Shown in pieces: positions 15,701-24,201 of a stretch of DNA of 26,098 nt (position 1 is its first letter; every line of letters starts with the position of its first letter). This DNA is from a virus (Duplodnaviria > Caudoviricetes), in IMG/VR virus record IMGVR_UViG_3300044621_000985, positions 1 through 26,098 of that record, one strand, 5' to 3'. The notes beneath the pieces are model-generated. The model worked only from the letters and a program-made list of their open reading frames with translations. It was not told the origin of the DNA and ran no database searches. The position numbers and the translations under genes are program-made.

Positions 15701-17811
15701 CTGGGCTGAATAGCCCGAACGGGAACATCCCGGCCGGCGCGAACGGTGGCGTTATCGGAGATGGCTTCTGCGGGTGGGATACCATCAAGACAACGTGGGG
15801 CGATGACCCGACGAAGGACTATCAGGCGGTCTACATCGACCCTCGCTTTCAGCAAGTCCAGGGACGTCCTACTCAAGCAGCTGGCTCTGGCGTAAACCAG
15901 GCGTCGATGTCTCACTACTACGGCAGGTATCAGTCTGGGTACTCCGTATACAATGTGCGCAGGGCTACGGCTGGTGAGGTCTACATCGTAAGTTGGGCGC
16001 CAAGGAACTCTACGCTCGACGCTTCCACGGCCACTGGCAATCAGTTCCAGCCTGAGAACAAGTACAACCCGATTGTGGCAAACGGCGACTTTCTCGTGCG
16101 CTGGTGTTACGAGGCTGTCGACGGGACTGGTCGCGTCGTCCGAAGTGCGCCGAGCCAAGCTGTATCGTTTACAATTTGTGCGACGATCCAGTATGGGAAG
16201 GGTCAGGCCGTATCCGGCCTGAAGCCTGAGCCCGGCGGCGTTGTCGACGAGTATCGCTACGGGTTCTACGTCCCTCGCCTTGAGCTGACGAACCGGCTCA
16301 AGACGGCGGTCGCCGACTCCAAGCGAACGGTGCTCCAGCCGTACTTCACCGCGGAGCCGTTCGCGACGGTGTTCTATCGTGTGCCATTCTCGAACTTCCT
16401 GCCGGAATACAAGAACGACTTCACCATCAGTCGCAACGCGACGCGCGGCGTCGTGCCCTACTCGTCGGCGAACGCTGGCGGCGTCAACGAAAACCCCTAC
16501 GGCCTCGTCACGAACAACTTCCGGTGCTTCGACGGGCCGCAGGGCGACTACAACGGCCTGCTCTCGCAGCCGTTCCTCTACACGACGGGCGGCGTGCTCG
16601 ACAACGTGCCACCTCCGAGTGCTCTCTGCATGACGGTTCATCAGAACCGCCTCGTGGCGGGCGGCGCGGACGACGCGACGGTCGTGTGGTTCTCGAAGGA
16701 ACTCTCACCGACCGACGCGCCTGGATTCAACGACGCGCTCACCATCCAGATCGAAGACGGCGGCCCCGTCACCGGCATCGCGAGCCTGGAAAGCGTGCTC
16801 GTCATCTTCAAGCAGAACATGACGTTCATCGTGCCGGGCGACATGCCCGACGATGCGGGCGGCGCCATCAACCGCGGCTACGTCTCAAACACGCTCGGAA
16901 CGCCTGTGCGGATGCCGCACGGCATCGGCTGCATCGACCACCGCAGCGTCGTCGAGACGCCGGTCGGCGTGTTCTTCCAGTCCGCGCGCACCATCGAACT
17001 GCTCGCCCGCGATATGAGCATCACGCCAGTCGGCCTGAAGCTCGACGACAGCCTGAAGCAGCTCGGCAACATCGTGTCGGCGGCGCACAACGCGCGCGAC
17101 AACGAGGTCTGGTTCGTCTTCAAGGCGGATGGGTTTGTCGGCCTGTACTGGGCGACCTACAATTACCTTACCGACACCTGGTCCACGCACAAGGTCGAGC
17201 CTGGTCCCGACCTTGAGATTCGAACGCCCTGCGCTGTGACGATGGTCGGCAACGTCCCGCACATGATGGCGCAGTACGTCCCGGCGTTTGCGGCCAGCCA
17301 GACCATGGTTTTTAAGCAAAGCGACTCGACGTTCTTCGATGTCGGACCAGTCTCCACGAACAACGGTCGGCTCTACGTCCCGATGTCCTGGCGGACGGCG
17401 CCTATCGCCATGAACCAGATCCAGGGCTACCAGCGGCTCAAGCGCATCCGCGTCATCGGCAGCCCCATCCCGACGACGAGCACGGGCGCCCCTGCCACCA
17501 GGGAGCCCCATGGCGCGTCTTTCGCGCTCCAGACCGACTACGCCACTGCCGGGCTCAACATCGGCTCGCAAACGGCCTCCTGGACGGAAGCAGAGGCCAC
17601 TGCGGTCTACACCGACCAGAACCGCGAGGTGTACGAGGTTCACGTCGCGGAGCAGAAGGGCCAGAAGCTCACGCTCTCGTACACGGAGACGGCGCCGGCA
17701 AGCATCACCGGGCTCACGCACGGGTACGGCACCGCTTTCTCTAACCTCGCTCTGATCGTCGGCTTGAAGAGCGGGCTCGATAAGCGTATCACCAGCGGAG
17801 CCAAGCATTAG
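12751..17811 (+). CDS. Large tail nozzle / DNA stabilisation protein (P22 gp10 / T7 gp12-like role), 1686 aa
   Basis: N-terminal PFVGGIDQHTDP..LANC....GRIEKRAG and C-terminal beta-propeller-like HQNRLVAGG..VWFSK..GPVTGIASL..LVIFK..GCIDHRSVVETPVGVFFQS. Located between adaptor and internal proteins. Confidence 0.65.
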   Translation: MPTRDSIVQVPFVGGIDQHTDPDQLQPPNMALLANCVVRKPGRIEKRAGMHLLAQTGTTNTPATAFGGTATVLPSDAEAIGANDAQDGSKLLVAAGSTLFEYVGSDAAHGYREVNRIPSCYGTLHPVDATGGEIIEVESMVNDAGTLRCTAWVLGARNGQDLTNDKAIRQQPAGTHGLYVSVQRTTDGSFVTPPTRVLDSFGVATTRISDMRMMLSLADTGTTRHWVVAFRRDYAVIEAFVINGVDGALKTTRIFGGFPTTAFTGRPYWRAFDITNVAGRNYFLFAWCENDTSPASSEVNLRLESFNATTGVFTTTFTMPGGVISNANANGSTTLSVHDWNRYTPRGVVLETDPTGVNVSIAIRMVYEQDSAPFYLDGKFVVTNANCNGGSIAVSTNNFAWLHRAGFQTEDNFSSFKLSGPVGENKTTASCVQRFYFLETGTVSANTSIAAVVTALFADGSYQPYSIKNADDAGSSSPVRRFSNPSPYMGQDLLKIASSGIFPIPQHIYPADNSVDVQHPNWDLGAVATPTLDRAVIFQKNITRVQLGAAPAAVGYANTVRYCQLSTAAGIRCYAVVSFDAAGIPDAVALYNGMGAANINKAPSLDTVMLLSVGTGPNGPWAVPVAVPAATLQVFDDFNKAVPLVLQNIVFEDIGSNTAPESQTVVETSIGVEQCVHRWDVKNNGTHAIVAVSSTSAATFSGPNGDAPLGYVSPFARSNYFEVYQWQIGAQFRYDLNDYATTGSSTSRPIWCALGGPWRMISSLTWVDLATNRLGCVVMPSGDDYQRSAFLISFTNGNATVETALDPVDSNPIQYAGGVVYTNNKGVFVESMNMARIAAAPLNCPRVMAKRSGGAVVGFTCGAIRQGQNDGGSEVFALDYTTQPGSWRTLKQWGDYTIVNGGVLSAYDGSSCNEATMLLWPQSDLTSIAYDRIAFKLYQLDNPSTDFYGWKNPNFTFWYDYNYTSFPVGPLLFGITRPWFAYEAGLNSPNGNIPAGANGGVIGDGFCGWDTIKTTWGDDPTKDYQAVYIDPRFQQVQGRPTQAAGSGVNQASMSHYYGRYQSGYSVYNVRRATAGEVYIVSWAPRNSTLDASTATGNQFQPENKYNPIVANGDFLVRWCYEAVDGTGRVVRSAPSQAVSFTICATIQYGKGQAVSGLKPEPGGVVDEYRYGFYVPRLELTNRLKTAVADSKRTVLQPYFTAEPFATVFYRVPFSNFLPEYKNDFTISRNATRGVVPYSSANAGGVNENPYGLVTNNFRCFDGPQGDYNGLLSQPFLYTTGGVLDNVPPPSALCMTVHQNRLVAGGADDATVVWFSKELSPTDAPGFNDALTIQIEDGGPVTGIASLESVLVIFKQNMTFIVPGDMPDDAGGAINRGYVSNTLGTPVRMPHGIGCIDHRSVVETPVGVFFQSARTIELLARDMSITPVGLKLDDSLKQLGNIVSAAHNARDNEVWFVFKADGFVGLYWATYNYLTDTWSTHKVEPGPDLEIRTPCAVTMVGNVPHMMAQYVPAFAASQTMVFKQSDSTFFDVGPVSTNNGRLYVPMSWRTAPIAMNQIQGYQRLKRIRVIGSPIPTTSTGAPATREPHGASFALQTDYATAGLNIGSQTASWTEAEATAVYTDQNREVYEVHVAEQKGQKLTLSYTETAPASITGLTHGYGTAFSNLALIVGLKSGLDKRITSGAKH

Positions 17812-17819
17812 GAGTAGCC

Positions 17820-18662
17820 ATGGCGGTCGATCCAGTTTCTCTCGGGGTAGCGGCGGGCGTTAACCTGCTTGCGCCGGCAGTCGCCAAGGGCATCGGCGGC
17901 CTGTTTGGCTTGGACGAGCCGAGCGATGAAGAGCGCCGCGCCGCTGCTCGTCGGCAGGAAGCCATCGACCGCCTCACGGCTGATGCGGAAGGCCGCACGG
18001 CTTCTCCAGCACAGCTCGCTGCGCTCGCGCAGCAGCAGCGCACGCAGCAAGCGCTCGCGAGCCTCGCGCAGCGTGGCAGCGTGCAGCAGCGCGCGGGCAA
18101 CGTACGCGCGGCCATGCAGGCGGCTCCGGAGGTCATGGCGCAGCAGGGGGCCGTGGCGGCGCAGACCCGCGCCGAGGAGATGGCCCGCGCTCGCAACGCT
18201 CTCGCGCAGGCGCAGATGGGCGTGGCGACGCAAGAGGCGGCCCAGGGCGCCGCTCGTCGCGAGTACATGCAACGCCTCATCGGCGCAGGCATCCAAGGTG
18301 CTGCGGCGGTCACTGGCGACGTTATGACCCGTAGCCCAGACGCGGCTACTGGCGCCACGGGTGGAACTGGGGCAGCAGCTACGGCTCCGGCGACGACGAC
18401 CGCTGCGACTGGCACCACGTCGCAAGCGCAGACAGCGGCGCCTACCGCCGCGCCTGCGGCTCCCAAGCCGTCGACGGGCACCGCGCCCGTTCCGAGCGCT
18501 GCACCAGTGGCGACTGCGGCCACAGCTCCCGCCGCGGCTGCCGCGCAGCGCTCTTTGGCGCTTGGCGGAGTCATGTCGCCCATGGACAGACGTCGACTAC
18601 AGCTCGGCTTCGCTCCGGAGACTGAGCAATTCGGCGTGGGTCGCCGACTCGGGGGTATGTGA
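17820..18662 (+). CDS. Putative internal virion / DNA ejection protein 1, 280 aa
   Basis: SD AGGAG; hydrophobic Gly/Ala N-terminus (VSLGVAAGVNLLAPAVAKGIGGLFG), Ala/Gln helical middle, Thr/Ala/Pro linker. Confidence 0.6.
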   Translation: MAVDPVSLGVAAGVNLLAPAVAKGIGGLFGLDEPSDEERRAAARRQEAIDRLTADAEGRTASPAQLAALAQQQRTQQALASLAQRGSVQQRAGNVRAAMQAAPEVMAQQGAVAAQTRAEEMARARNALAQAQMGVATQEAAQGAARREYMQRLIGAGIQGAAAVTGDVMTRSPDAATGATGGTGAAATAPATTTAATGTTSQAQTAAPTAAPAAPKPSTGTAPVPSAAPVATAATAPAAAAAQRSLALGGVMSPMDRRRLQLGFAPETEQFGVGRRLGGM

Positions 18663-20290
18663 TGGCTGAGCCGCGCATCAATCCATACACTGGACGCACC
18701 GAGAACAGGCCGCCGCCCGTCGAGAAGAAGGGATTTCAGGGGCCGGAAGCCGGCACCGCCTCAAGGTTCCCTGGTGGTCCTGTCGCACTTTACGACTTTA
18801 CACAGCCGCAGGCTGGCCCGGTTCAGCCACCGCCTGTGGCGGAGGGGACAGTTACGCCAGGCCGAGCGCCGGTGGACCGCAACGAACTCGAACTTGCAGC
18901 GGAGCGGGAGTACCAGGGCGCAGGCATGATGGGCGCAGCCAGTGCGCCAGTCGGCTCGCTTGGCGGCTACAAGGCTCGCACGCTCTCTCTTCCGGAGGAG
19001 ATTGAGCAAGCGTCGAAGCAGGCGAGCGAAGCCATCCAGGCTGAGCTTGCGGCAGGGCGTGAATACGCAAAGCAGGTCACCCCGCTCCAGGCAGAGGAGT
19101 CGAAGCGAATCCAGACGCGTACCGCGGCCGAAGAAGGCCGCATGGGGCGCCTCGTCGACCTTGGGAAGCAGCAGCAGACGCTCACCGAGGAAATGGGGAA
19201 GCGCGTCGAGTCCTTCCGCGTCGACCCGAATCGGATCTTCGGCCAGGGCTCCGAGCGCGCGGCGACGACCTTCGGCCTTGGACTCGCGAGCGCCTTGTCG
19301 AACATCGGCGAGGCGATGCAGGGCAAGGGCGCAACGAACCAGATTCTCTCGCTGGTGCAGAACCGCATCGCGCAGGACATCGGGCTCCAGGAGAACGACT
19401 ACCGTCGTATGCTCCAGGGCTACGAGGTGAAGCGCAACGGACTCATGGACTCCATCCGTCAGGTCGGCGACGAGCGCCTTGGCGCAGAGGCGCTGGCGAA
19501 GCAGCAGGGGCTCTTCTACGCAGACCAGCTTGGCAAGATTGCCAAGCAGGTAGGGCTCACGGACGCGCAGGCGGCTCGTCCGCTCCTCGAAGCGCAGGCG
19601 CGCATCCTTCAGGGCCTTGGCGAGCAGAAGGGCCGCGTCGAGCAGTTCAACGTCGCGGCGCAAAACCAGCAGGCGCAGTTCAACGCGAGCCTTGAGGCTC
19701 AGCGCCGTCAACTCGAAGAGCAACGCCGGATTTCTCAAATGTCGACATACGCGCTTGGCGAGAAAGACCAGGAGCGGATTAAGACGCAGCTCGACAAGGC
19801 GAATGAGAAGCAGCTCGTGCAGCGCTCGGCTGGCCTCCGCGAGATGAAGTCGATGCTTCAGGCAAACCCCAACGTGGCGGAATCGACCAAGGGCCTGATC
19901 CAGTCCTTCGTCAACAGCGTCGCTGGCGAGTCGCAGCCTGGCGTCATTCAGTCCAAGCTCGCTCAACTCGCGGTGGAGAACCTGTCTCCGCAAGACCAGC
20001 AGTTCGTTCGTGCGTACCAGCGATACATTGGCGGCCGCCTCACCGCACTTGGTGGCAAGGCCATCACCGCGAACGAAAAGGCGCTCTTCAACCTCGCCAA
20101 CTACACGAGCCCGAAACAGTTTGGCGCACTCCTCGACGAGGAGAGCAACGGCCTGCGCGACGACGCGCTTTCGATCTGGAAGACGTCTGGCTTGCGCGGG
20201 GACGCTTCGCTCATCCTCTCTCGTGACCTGCGTGGCCTATATCAGGGCCTCGTGACCGAACCAACTGAGAAGCCCCCGGAGGCCAAGTGA
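18662..20290 (+). CDS. Putative internal virion / DNA ejection protein 2, 542 aa
   Basis: TGATG overlap (GTG at 18659 is an in-frame alternative); Pro-rich N-terminus, Q/E/A helical body, FGLGLASALSNIG hydrophobic patch. Confidence 0.6.
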   Translation: MAEPRINPYTGRTENRPPPVEKKGFQGPEAGTASRFPGGPVALYDFTQPQAGPVQPPPVAEGTVTPGRAPVDRNELELAAEREYQGAGMMGAASAPVGSLGGYKARTLSLPEEIEQASKQASEAIQAELAAGREYAKQVTPLQAEESKRIQTRTAAEEGRMGRLVDLGKQQQTLTEEMGKRVESFRVDPNRIFGQGSERAATTFGLGLASALSNIGEAMQGKGATNQILSLVQNRIAQDIGLQENDYRRMLQGYEVKRNGLMDSIRQVGDERLGAEALAKQQGLFYADQLGKIAKQVGLTDAQAARPLLEAQARILQGLGEQKGRVEQFNVAAQNQQAQFNASLEAQRRQLEEQRRISQMSTYALGEKDQERIKTQLDKANEKQLVQRSAGLREMKSMLQANPNVAESTKGLIQSFVNSVAGESQPGVIQSKLAQLAVENLSPQDQQFVRAYQRYIGGRLTALGGKAITANEKALFNLANYTSPKQFGALLDEESNGLRDDALSIWKTSGLRGDASLILSRDLRGLYQGLVTEPTEKPPEAK

Positions 20291-23200
20291 CCAAGCTCTA
20301 CGACAAGCGAGAGAAGGCCGTCGTCGACGTTGCTCCTGGCGAGGTTGCTGGAGCGCTCGATTCGGGCATGTTCTCGTTCGCCAAGGACCAGAAGGTCCCG
20401 GTGAACTACAAGGGCCAGCTCATGTTCACGACCCCGGAGTACGCGGGGCGTTATCGGGACAGGCTGATCTTCGTCAACGAGTCGGACGTCGAACAGTCCA
20501 AGGCGGAACAGGCGACGTCTGGCATCGGCGGCGCCGTGGAAGCGACGGCCCTCGGCCTCGGCAAGGCGCTGACGCTTGGCGCTGGCCCTGCGCTGCTCGG
20601 CGCAGTGAGCGACACGGCGCGCGAGCGTATGCGCGAGCTTGAGCTTGGACGGCCTGGCATCACGACGGCAGCCGAGATCGGCGGCCTCCTCGTGGACCCG
20701 TTCGCCCTGGCAGGCCGTGTCGGTCAGAGGGCAGCGCTGAGAGGCGCGGAGCAGCTTGCAGCGCGAGAGGCGGAGCAAGCAGCGGCCCGCGCAGCCGTGT
20801 CGCCGGAGATCGGCGCGGGGCAGGCTGCGGCCTTGTTTGGCCCCGCGAGGCAGACGCCGGCAGGCGTCGCAGCGCAAGTGGCAGGAGAGGTGGCGCAGGT
20901 CGGTCGAGGAGCCATTGGCCGTGAAGTTAGCCCGCTTGCTCTTGGTCGGCAAGCTGCGGCTCCTACGGCGGAAGAGGCGGCTCGCCTTACCGCGGAGTTC
21001 GAGGCGCGTCAGGCTGCCATCCGCCAGGGCGCCATCGATCGCGCTCGTGCCGTGGCGACCGATGAGGCTGGCCAAGTCGTCGAGGAGGCGTCGCTTCGTA
21101 TGCGCCCGCTCACTGGGCCGACGTCGCCTGCGGAGCCGGGCCTGCGCCTTGGTGCGGACCCGTTCCGCACGGAGGGGCTTGCCATGCGCGGGCGGCAGGC
21201 CGAGGAGCTGATGGCTCGTGGCCAGGCTGCGCGCACGGCCGAGGGCCGCATCGCCGAAGAGGCGGTCGGCATGGAGCGCGGGCTCCAGCCTGGGCAGGTC
21301 GGCCCGATGGAAGACTTCACTCGCGCACCGAGCGAGTTCCTGCAAGCTGGCGACGCACGCAATCAGATGGCGAACCTCGAAGAGGCGCTTCAAGCCAATG
21401 CGGCTGCGGCCAGCCGTGCTCGTTCTGAGGCTGGCCGTCAGAGGCTTGCGGCGGAGCGCGACCGACTGCTCGCGCAGCGCGACGAGCTTGAGTACACGCT
21501 CTTCGGCGCAGAGACTCGCGCGGAAGAGGCCATGGCGACGCAGGCAGAGCGCGCGCTCGGCGCGGCGGAGATGCAGGCTGGCGCCCCGGCGCGTGCGCTC
21601 GAAGCGGAGCGCATGGGCCGCATGGCCGGCGAGATCGAAGCAGCCAACGTGCTGCCTCCGACGCTCCGCACTGCGGAGACTCGCGTCGCAGCGGAGAACG
21701 TCTCGCCGCGCCTTGGTGTCCCTGCTGCGCCTGCACCAAACGTCTCTCCGCTGGGCCTCGGCATGGCCGAGACGGGCGTTATGCCCGCTGGCCGTGGCCT
21801 GGCCCTCGGCGCCCCAATCGAGGCTCGTGCTGCGCAGGCAGCGACCGACATGACCGCCGCCGCTGCGCCCGGCCTCATCGAGCGCATCGGACGCCCCGCC
21901 CTTGAGGGCGCGCTCTACTCTGGCGCGACGCAGGCGTACAAGCAGGAGCTTGGCCTGGAGCCTGGCGGCGTGGGCGAAGTGCTCGCAGCTGCGGCGCTCG
22001 GCGGCGTTATCGGCAAGGGGCTCACGCTCGGCGGCAAGGCGCTCGTGAAGGGCCAGAAGGCGCTCACGGACGTCGCTGCGGAGAGTGCTCCCGGTTCGCT
22101 CGCGGCCATGATTGGCAAGGGCGCAGCCGGCATCGAGCAGACGCACCTGCTCCGCCAGTGGGGCCAGTCGCAGAAAGCCGTGCGCAAACTCAACGAGCGC
22201 TTCACTGAGGACGAGCTTGGCAAGCTCGGTTCGTCGGCCATGACGGACTACATCCGCAACGCGGCGGCGCGCGTCGAGGAGCTGAAGGCTGCGCATCCGG
22301 AGAACCAGTTCATCCAGAGCATCAACATCGGGAAGAGCGGTCTCACCTTCACGAACCTCTCGTCCGAGCAGCGCAACGCCATGGCGCAGGTGCTCCGCGA
22401 CGAGGCCGGCCAAGCCGTCGAAAGGGTCTACGGCCCCGCTCTTGAGCAGGCTATCGGTAGCGACGCCATCCTGGCAGCCATCGCCCGTGCGGAGCGCAAG
22501 GTAAGCCGGCCAGGTCTCGGCGACATCCCGCTTCGTAGCATCCGCGAGGAAGCCGAGTCCCTGCGTAAAGCCATTCAGGAAGGCGAGCGGTTCACGGTCA
22601 GGAAGCTGCGCGACTTCGAGATCGGCGCCAGCCGTGAGTTCGAGCGCAAGCAGGGGCTTCACGAGCCGTTTACCGAGGCCCAGTCGGCGTTCCGCAACGA
22701 GGTCAAGAACGTCTACCTCGACGCTGCGGAGCAGTCCGTCCCTGGCCTGCGCCAGGCGCTTGTGCAGCCGAACCGCGAGTACACGCTCGCGGACATGCTG
22801 GCGAAGGGCTCGAAGGAAGTCCTGGCAAAGAACGAGCTTACGTCTCCGGTAGGACGCGACTCGCTCGCGCAGTTCGCCCTCGGCGCGTTCGCCATGGTGC
22901 AGCCCGTGGCGGCCGCAGCGTTCTTCCTTGGCACGACCGCGCTCCGCGGACTCTACAACCAGCGCGGCGAGGGCTTTATCGCCGACATGGCCGGCAAGCT
23001 CTCTCGCAAGGCCGCCAGCGTCGCAACCTCGCCCGAGGCCGCTGCGCGCGAGGTTACGCAGAGCATCATCAACGCCAGGCGTCCGATGCTCGGCGCGCTC
23101 AACGGCGAGAAGCTGGTCGAGGTGAAGCCCACCGACTACACCAGCCTCTCACAGGGCATCCGCGAGCTGGCCGCGTCGACGGACTACGCGCACGAGAAGA

Positions 23201-23724
23201 TCCGCCAGGCGACGGCATCCATGCCGCCCGACCAGCAGGATCGCTACATCGCCGACTACGACGCGACGATGCAGAAGCTCGTCGACGAGATGCCGAAGGG
23301 CATCCCAACCGACAAGGCGCTGAGCGAAGCCGAGCGCCGATGGACGGTCATGGCGCGTAGCCTGTTCGACCACTCCTACGCGACGCAGACCATCGCCAAC
23401 GGTGGCCCGATGGCCACGGCGGCGGCGCAGGGCCTCACCATGATTCCAAACGGGCAGAAGTACCTCGACGAGCTTTCGTCGAACCTTCAGCGCGCCATCG
23501 CGGAGGACGAGAAGCTGCGCGGCAACCAGCAACTCGCGACCGTGGCCCGCAACTTCGCGAAGGTGAAGACGGGCGGCGGCGGCATCCGCATCCAGCGCAT
23601 CGTGAGCGGCATGGGTCAGCAAGCATTCCAGCCGACCTCTGGCGGGCGTTTGCCGACGCCGGGCGCCTCCGGGCAGGCCGCGGCGCGAAACGCCTTTGGC
23701 GGTGCCTCTGCGACGCAGCGATGA
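20287..23724 (+). CDS. Putative large internal virion / DNA ejection protein 3, 1145 aa
   Basis: GTGA overlap; Ala/Gly/Glu/Arg-rich and predicted helical, with hydrophobic segments (ATALGLGKALTLGAGPALLGAV; LAAAALGGVIGKGLTLGG; FALGAFAMVQPVAAAAFFLG). Third of a small-medium-large trio typical of podophage ejectosomes. Confidence 0.6.
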   Translation: MTKLYDKREKAVVDVAPGEVAGALDSGMFSFAKDQKVPVNYKGQLMFTTPEYAGRYRDRLIFVNESDVEQSKAEQATSGIGGAVEATALGLGKALTLGAGPALLGAVSDTARERMRELELGRPGITTAAEIGGLLVDPFALAGRVGQRAALRGAEQLAAREAEQAAARAAVSPEIGAGQAAALFGPARQTPAGVAAQVAGEVAQVGRGAIGREVSPLALGRQAAAPTAEEAARLTAEFEARQAAIRQGAIDRARAVATDEAGQVVEEASLRMRPLTGPTSPAEPGLRLGADPFRTEGLAMRGRQAEELMARGQAARTAEGRIAEEAVGMERGLQPGQVGPMEDFTRAPSEFLQAGDARNQMANLEEALQANAAAASRARSEAGRQRLAAERDRLLAQRDELEYTLFGAETRAEEAMATQAERALGAAEMQAGAPARALEAERMGRMAGEIEAANVLPPTLRTAETRVAAENVSPRLGVPAAPAPNVSPLGLGMAETGVMPAGRGLALGAPIEARAAQAATDMTAAAAPGLIERIGRPALEGALYSGATQAYKQELGLEPGGVGEVLAAAALGGVIGKGLTLGGKALVKGQKALTDVAAESAPGSLAAMIGKGAAGIEQTHLLRQWGQSQKAVRKLNERFTEDELGKLGSSAMTDYIRNAAARVEELKAAHPENQFIQSINIGKSGLTFTNLSSEQRNAMAQVLRDEAGQAVERVYGPALEQAIGSDAILAAIARAERKVSRPGLGDIPLRSIREEAESLRKAIQEGERFTVRKLRDFEIGASREFERKQGLHEPFTEAQSAFRNEVKNVYLDAAEQSVPGLRQALVQPNREYTLADMLAKGSKEVLAKNELTSPVGRDSLAQFALGAFAMVQPVAAAAFFLGTTALRGLYNQRGEGFIADMAGKLSRKAASVATSPEAAAREVTQSIINARRPMLGALNGEKLVEVKPTDYTSLSQGIRELAASTDYAHEKIRQATASMPPDQQDRYIADYDATMQKLVDEMPKGIPTDKALSEAERRWTVMARSLFDHSYATQTIANGGPMATAAAQGLTMIPNGQKYLDELSSNLQRAIAEDEKLRGNQQLATVARNFAKVKTGGGGIRIQRIVSGMGQQAFQPTSGGRLPTPGASGQAAARNAFGGASATQR

Positions 23725-23768
23725 TAGGGTGAGACTTGCTTAGAGTGTCCAACTGAGAGGAGAAGGCT

Positions 23769-24191
23769 ATGAGGAACGGAAGCGCGATTGCGAATGGGGT
23801 GCGTCAGTACGCGGTGAGCGTGGACAACGCCGCCTGGTATCAGCTCGAAAGCTCGACGGGCGGTCTCGTGGCGAACACGGGCCTCGCAGCGTCCATGCCG
23901 GTGCGCCGCTGGCGCGGGCAGGTCGGCACGGGCACGAGCACGGCTGCGCAGGAGCGCACGCCGCAGGACTACGTGCAGGGCTACCTCATTCAGAACACGA
24001 GCACGACGCTGACGCTCTTCGTCACCACGACGGACGACCAGTCGGGCGGCGCTCCCACCTCGCGCGCGACCGCAAACGCGCTCCAGGTTGGCCCCGGTCG
24101 CACTCTGCGCCTCGACAACACGGACGCGACCAAGGTCTACCTGCGCGCGAGCGCGGCTGGCCCCATCATCGTCGCCGTCCTGTGCACCTGA
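23769..24191 (+). CDS. Putative small beta-sandwich virion protein, 140 aa
   Basis: SD AGGAG; Thr-rich beta pattern GYLIQNTSTTLTLFV...LQVGPGRTLRL...KVYLRAS; precedes the fibre-like gene. Confidence 0.6.
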   Translation: MRNGSAIANGVRQYAVSVDNAAWYQLESSTGGLVANTGLAASMPVRRWRGQVGTGTSTAAQERTPQDYVQGYLIQNTSTTLTLFVTTTDDQSGGAPTSRATANALQVGPGRTLRLDNTDATKVYLRASAAGPIIVAVLCT

Positions 24192-24201
24192 AGGAGCGAC
24201 C

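Noticed and set aside
12751-17811. Intein or intron explaining the large size of the 1686-aa gene
   Set aside because: No intein splice motifs or LAGLIDADG/HNH signature seen, and the frame is uninterrupted.
4642-17824. 13-bp match GAGTAGCCATGGC at the starts of terL (4642) and ejection protein 1 (17812)
   Set aside because: Largely explained by SD-like bases plus ATG GC; two copies are not enough to call a motif.
4419-22662. Long minus-strand ORFs (e.g. 4419..5738, 6420..7685, 9319..10707, 12679..14049, 18761..19993, 20242..22662)
   Set aside because: Antisense shadows expected from high GC3 codon usage; Arg/Ala/Leu/Val-rich, no motifs, fully overlapping well-supported + strand genes.
20287-23724. 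Tape measure protein call
   Set aside because: No tail tube, tail terminator or frameshifted chaperone genes precede it; gene order fits podophage internal proteins better.
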